This document shows, piece by piece, positions 61,586 to 64,000 of a DNA stretch of 64,000 bases; the first letter of the stretch is position 1, and each line of letters opens with the position of its first letter. The notes beneath the pieces were generated by a model that worked only from the letters and a program-made list of their open reading frames with translations, did no database searches and was not told where the DNA came from. The position numbers and the translations under genes were made by a program. The DNA comes from Terriglobia bacterium (GTDB lineage Bacteria; Acidobacteriota; Terriglobia; JAJPHL01; JAPKYU01): positions 128,001-192,000 of the forward strand of contig CBDCVK010000008.1 of the NCBI GenBank assembly GCA_965223005.1. Direction: 5' to 3'.

Positions 61586-63685
61586 GTGCGCCATTCTCGA
61601 CTGGTTCTGCTCCTTCTGTTGCTGACCTGGACTGCGCCGCTCTTCTTGCTGGCGCAGGAGGAGCAGCCGAATTTTTATGCAGTCATCATTGGAGTTTCCG
61701 AGTTCGAATACCTCCCCAAGGAGGAGTGGCTGGATTTCGCCGACGACGATGCTCGGGATTTTTACAAGGTCATTACCAGCCCCCGCGGCCGGGCCTTTCC
61801 ACCGGAGAACGTCTTTCTGTTGACGGACCAGAAGGCCAGCTTCTACGCCATCCGAAAGAAGCTGGGCAGCACCCTGGCCAAAAAGGTCAAGCGGGGCGAC
61901 ACCGTCTACATCTTCATTGCTACGCACGGCATGGTGGAGAAAGAAGTCTCCCGGGAGGGATATCTGCTGGCGCATGACTCGGACCGGGAAGATCTCTACA
62001 TCAGCGCGCTGGCGATGAAAGACCTGGGCAATATCATGCAGAGTCGGCTGCGGAAGGCAAGACGCGTCTTCCTGTTTGCCGACGCCTGCCGGGCGGGAAA
62101 ACTAGGTCAGGTACAGGGCAGGATCAATCGCTACATTGAAGACGTCAGCAAGAGCGAAGGAGAAACTCTGGGCTTGCTGGCCAGCCGTCCCAACGAATTT
62201 TCCCGCGAAGGGCCGCAGTTTGGTGGTGGCCACGGCGTCTTCACCTACTATCTGCTCAAAGGCATGATGGGGGCAGCTGACGTCGATGGCGACGAGACGG
62301 TGAACGCGACCGAGCTGGTGGATTATCTAGATGAGAAGGTCGAAGAGGCCACCGATAGGCAACAGCACGTTCGGGAATTTGGAACATTTGAAGCCGAAAC
62401 TCCCATTACCTTCATTGACAAACCGGGTCCGGAAGACCTGCAATTGGGCCAGTCGCCCCGCCCCAGAGGGACCGAAATCGCCTCGGTGCAGGTCATCTCG
62501 CCAGAAAGTAGCGAAGTTCGCATCGCCTTGCGGCAGGCTCTGCGGGAAGGGCGCTTGCTGGCCCCGTCCGAGGACAACGCCTGGGACCTGTATCAACGTT
62601 ACACCCAACTCTCTGTTCCCGAATCTGAGAAAGAAGACGTGCAGGATGACTTGTTTATCGCGCTGGCCACCGCAGGAGACAGAGTGCTGTCGGCCTACCG
62701 GCGTGGCGATCAAGTCATCCGGCTGGATGCGGCGAAGTATAACGAAGGGGCGCAGCTGTACGACCGCGCTCTGGAGCTTGACCCGGAGGATTTCACGCTT
62801 CCTCCCAAGGCCAAATTCATGGCCGGGCGCGCCTTGGTGGAGAGTGGCCGCTACAGAGAGGGAATTTCGGTGCTGCGTGCGGCCATCCAACTGGACCCGG
62901 AAGCGGCGCATTCCTACAACGCGCTCGGCATCGCACATATGAAGCTGGGACAGTGGGATGATGCTCTGGCCAACTTCCTTGCAGCTTCGGAGCGCGCCGA
63001 GAAGTGGGTCTATCCTCATTACAACACAGCCCTGGTTCACATCGCTCGGCGGGGTTGTGGTGACGCGGAACGGGAATTTCACAAAGGAATCGAGCTGGGG
63101 ACCGAGCTGGGCCTGAAGTACTCCTATTTGCATTACAATCTGGGGATTCTGTATCTGGAACAGGGCCGTTATAAGGGAGCCGAGCAGCAGTTCCGGCGCG
63201 CCATCGAAATGGTGCCGGATGACGCGCTGAGCTACTACAACCTGGGACTGCTGTTCGAGCAGCGAGGCGAGATGCGCCAGGCTGAGGCGTACTTCCGCAC
63301 GTCAGCAGACCTGGATGCCCGGCTGGTGGAGCCGCGCTTGAAGCTGGCGGAGATTTACCGCAAGCAACGCCGCCGGGAGTTGCAGGAGTCCATGCTGCGT
63401 CAGGCCGTGGCTGGCGATCCCCGCAGCGTGCGGGCCCTGGAGGCGCTCGGCCAATTCCTCCTGGAAGGCAAGAGGCTGGAGGAGGCCGAGCAGGTATTCA
63501 TGCAGATGATGGTGAACAATCCGGCCGCGGCGGCGTCCTACTCCTGGCTGGGCGATGTGCACGCCGCCCAGCGAAACTTCCAGCAAGCCGCCGAAGATTA
63601 CCGCCAGGGCATGGCCCGCACCCGCGATCCGAAACTCCTCCGTGAGTTGCAAAGAAAATTGCGCTCCGTGGAGAGGAAGAAATGA
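61586..63685 (+). CDS. Exported caspase-family (peptidase C14) protein with TPR repeats
   Basis: GTG 61586 gives a signal peptide; YAVIIGVSEF; ATHG (His) and DACRAG (Cys); HGVFTYYLLKG; C-terminal TPRs. Confidence 0.9.
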   Translation: MRHSRLVLLLLLLTWTAPLFLLAQEEQPNFYAVIIGVSEFEYLPKEEWLDFADDDARDFYKVITSPRGRAFPPENVFLLTDQKASFYAIRKKLGSTLAKKVKRGDTVYIFIATHGMVEKEVSREGYLLAHDSDREDLYISALAMKDLGNIMQSRLRKARRVFLFADACRAGKLGQVQGRINRYIEDVSKSEGETLGLLASRPNEFSREGPQFGGGHGVFTYYLLKGMMGAADVDGDETVNATELVDYLDEKVEEATDRQQHVREFGTFEAETPITFIDKPGPEDLQLGQSPRPRGTEIASVQVISPESSEVRIALRQALREGRLLAPSEDNAWDLYQRYTQLSVPESEKEDVQDDLFIALATAGDRVLSAYRRGDQVIRLDAAKYNEGAQLYDRALELDPEDFTLPPKAKFMAGRALVESGRYREGISVLRAAIQLDPEAAHSYNALGIAHMKLGQWDDALANFLAASERAEKWVYPHYNTALVHIARRGCGDAEREFHKGIELGTELGLKYSYLHYNLGILYLEQGRYKGAEQQFRRAIEMVPDDALSYYNLGLLFEQRGEMRQAEAYFRTSADLDARLVEPRLKLAEIYRKQRRRELQESMLRQAVAGDPRSVRALEALGQFLLEGKRLEEAEQVFMQMMVNNPAAAASYSWLGDVHAAQRNFQQAAEDYRQGMARTRDPKLLRELQRKLRSVERKK

Positions 63686-64000
63686 GCCGATGCCCCGGAA
63701 AACTGTTCCGGATTGTGGTGCTCGGCTTTTTGGTTTGGTTGTCCCCGGATGCAGCGTGGGCCCAATCTTCCCAGGCGATGCTGCTCGGACGGGTGAGCCA
63801 GGAGACCACCGGCGAGCCGGTCGCCAAGGCGCTGGTGATCCAGCGCAATCTCCAGACCAACGTCCAATCCTACCGGTACACGAACGAGCAAGGGCTGTAT
63901 TCCTTCCCCACGCTGCAGCCCGGGACCTATAGCGTCCGGGTGGATGCCCTGGGATTCCGGCCGGAGGAGCGCTCGCCCGTCGAGCTCCCGGTGGGAGCGC
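63682..64000 (+). CDS. Carboxypeptidase-regulatory-like domain protein, probable TonB-dependent receptor N-terminus (runs off the window)
   Basis: ATGA overlap with the caspase gene; MSRCPGKLFRIVVLGFLVWLSPDAAWA-QSSQAMLLGRV...TNEQGLYSFPTLQPGTYSVRVDALGF; open to the window end. Confidence 0.8.
   Translation, partial: MSRCPGKLFRIVVLGFLVWLSPDAAWAQSSQAMLLGRVSQETTGEPVAKALVIQRNLQTNVQSYRYTNEQGLYSFPTLQPGTYSVRVDALGFRPEERSPVELPVGA

Noticed and set aside
61586-63685. Caspase as an anti-phage or gasdermin/CRISPR-associated effector
   Set aside because: It has a signal peptide, and there is no gasdermin, NLR-like or type III CRISPR neighbour in the window.

Overview
GC-rich bacterial chromosomal window, most likely from an Acidobacteriota genome (16S signatures, Oar-like TonB-dependent receptors, Solibacter-type C-terminal domain proteins, DUF1501/DUF1549/DUF1553 expansion). 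In order: a frameshifted TonB-dependent receptor; a DUF1549-DUF1553 / DUF1501 / PPC cluster with an embedded formaldehyde dehydrogenase; a peptidoglycan-recycling operon (serine hydrolase, sodium:solute symporter, murQ, nagA, murA); housekeeping genes (RNA methyltransferase, DUF72, FmdB zinc ribbon, uvrB); a TPR-GAF-degenerate GGDEF gene; two large BACON/SBBP surface proteins with near-identical C-termini; a stand-alone 16S rRNA gene; a class I aldolase; polysaccharide-related genes; rimO-yacG-pgpA-cinA-thpR; two GGDEF genes; and a divergent CHASE2 cyclase / DUF928-like / exported caspase-TPR / TonB-receptor module. Best leads: (1) two paralogous 56-58 aa ORFs missing from the ORF track, each with a conserved promoter and ATGA-coupled to a different GGDEF gene; (2) a candidate C-terminal selenocysteine FmdB protein with a SECIS-like hairpin; (3) the exported metacaspase signalling module; (4) an unlinked 16S transcription unit; (5) a possible tRNA-derived att scar; (6) a phased 21-bp repeat upstream of uvrB. 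At least six single-base indels in otherwise intact genes suggest residual sequencing error. All product calls come from motif recognition by eye; no database was searched.
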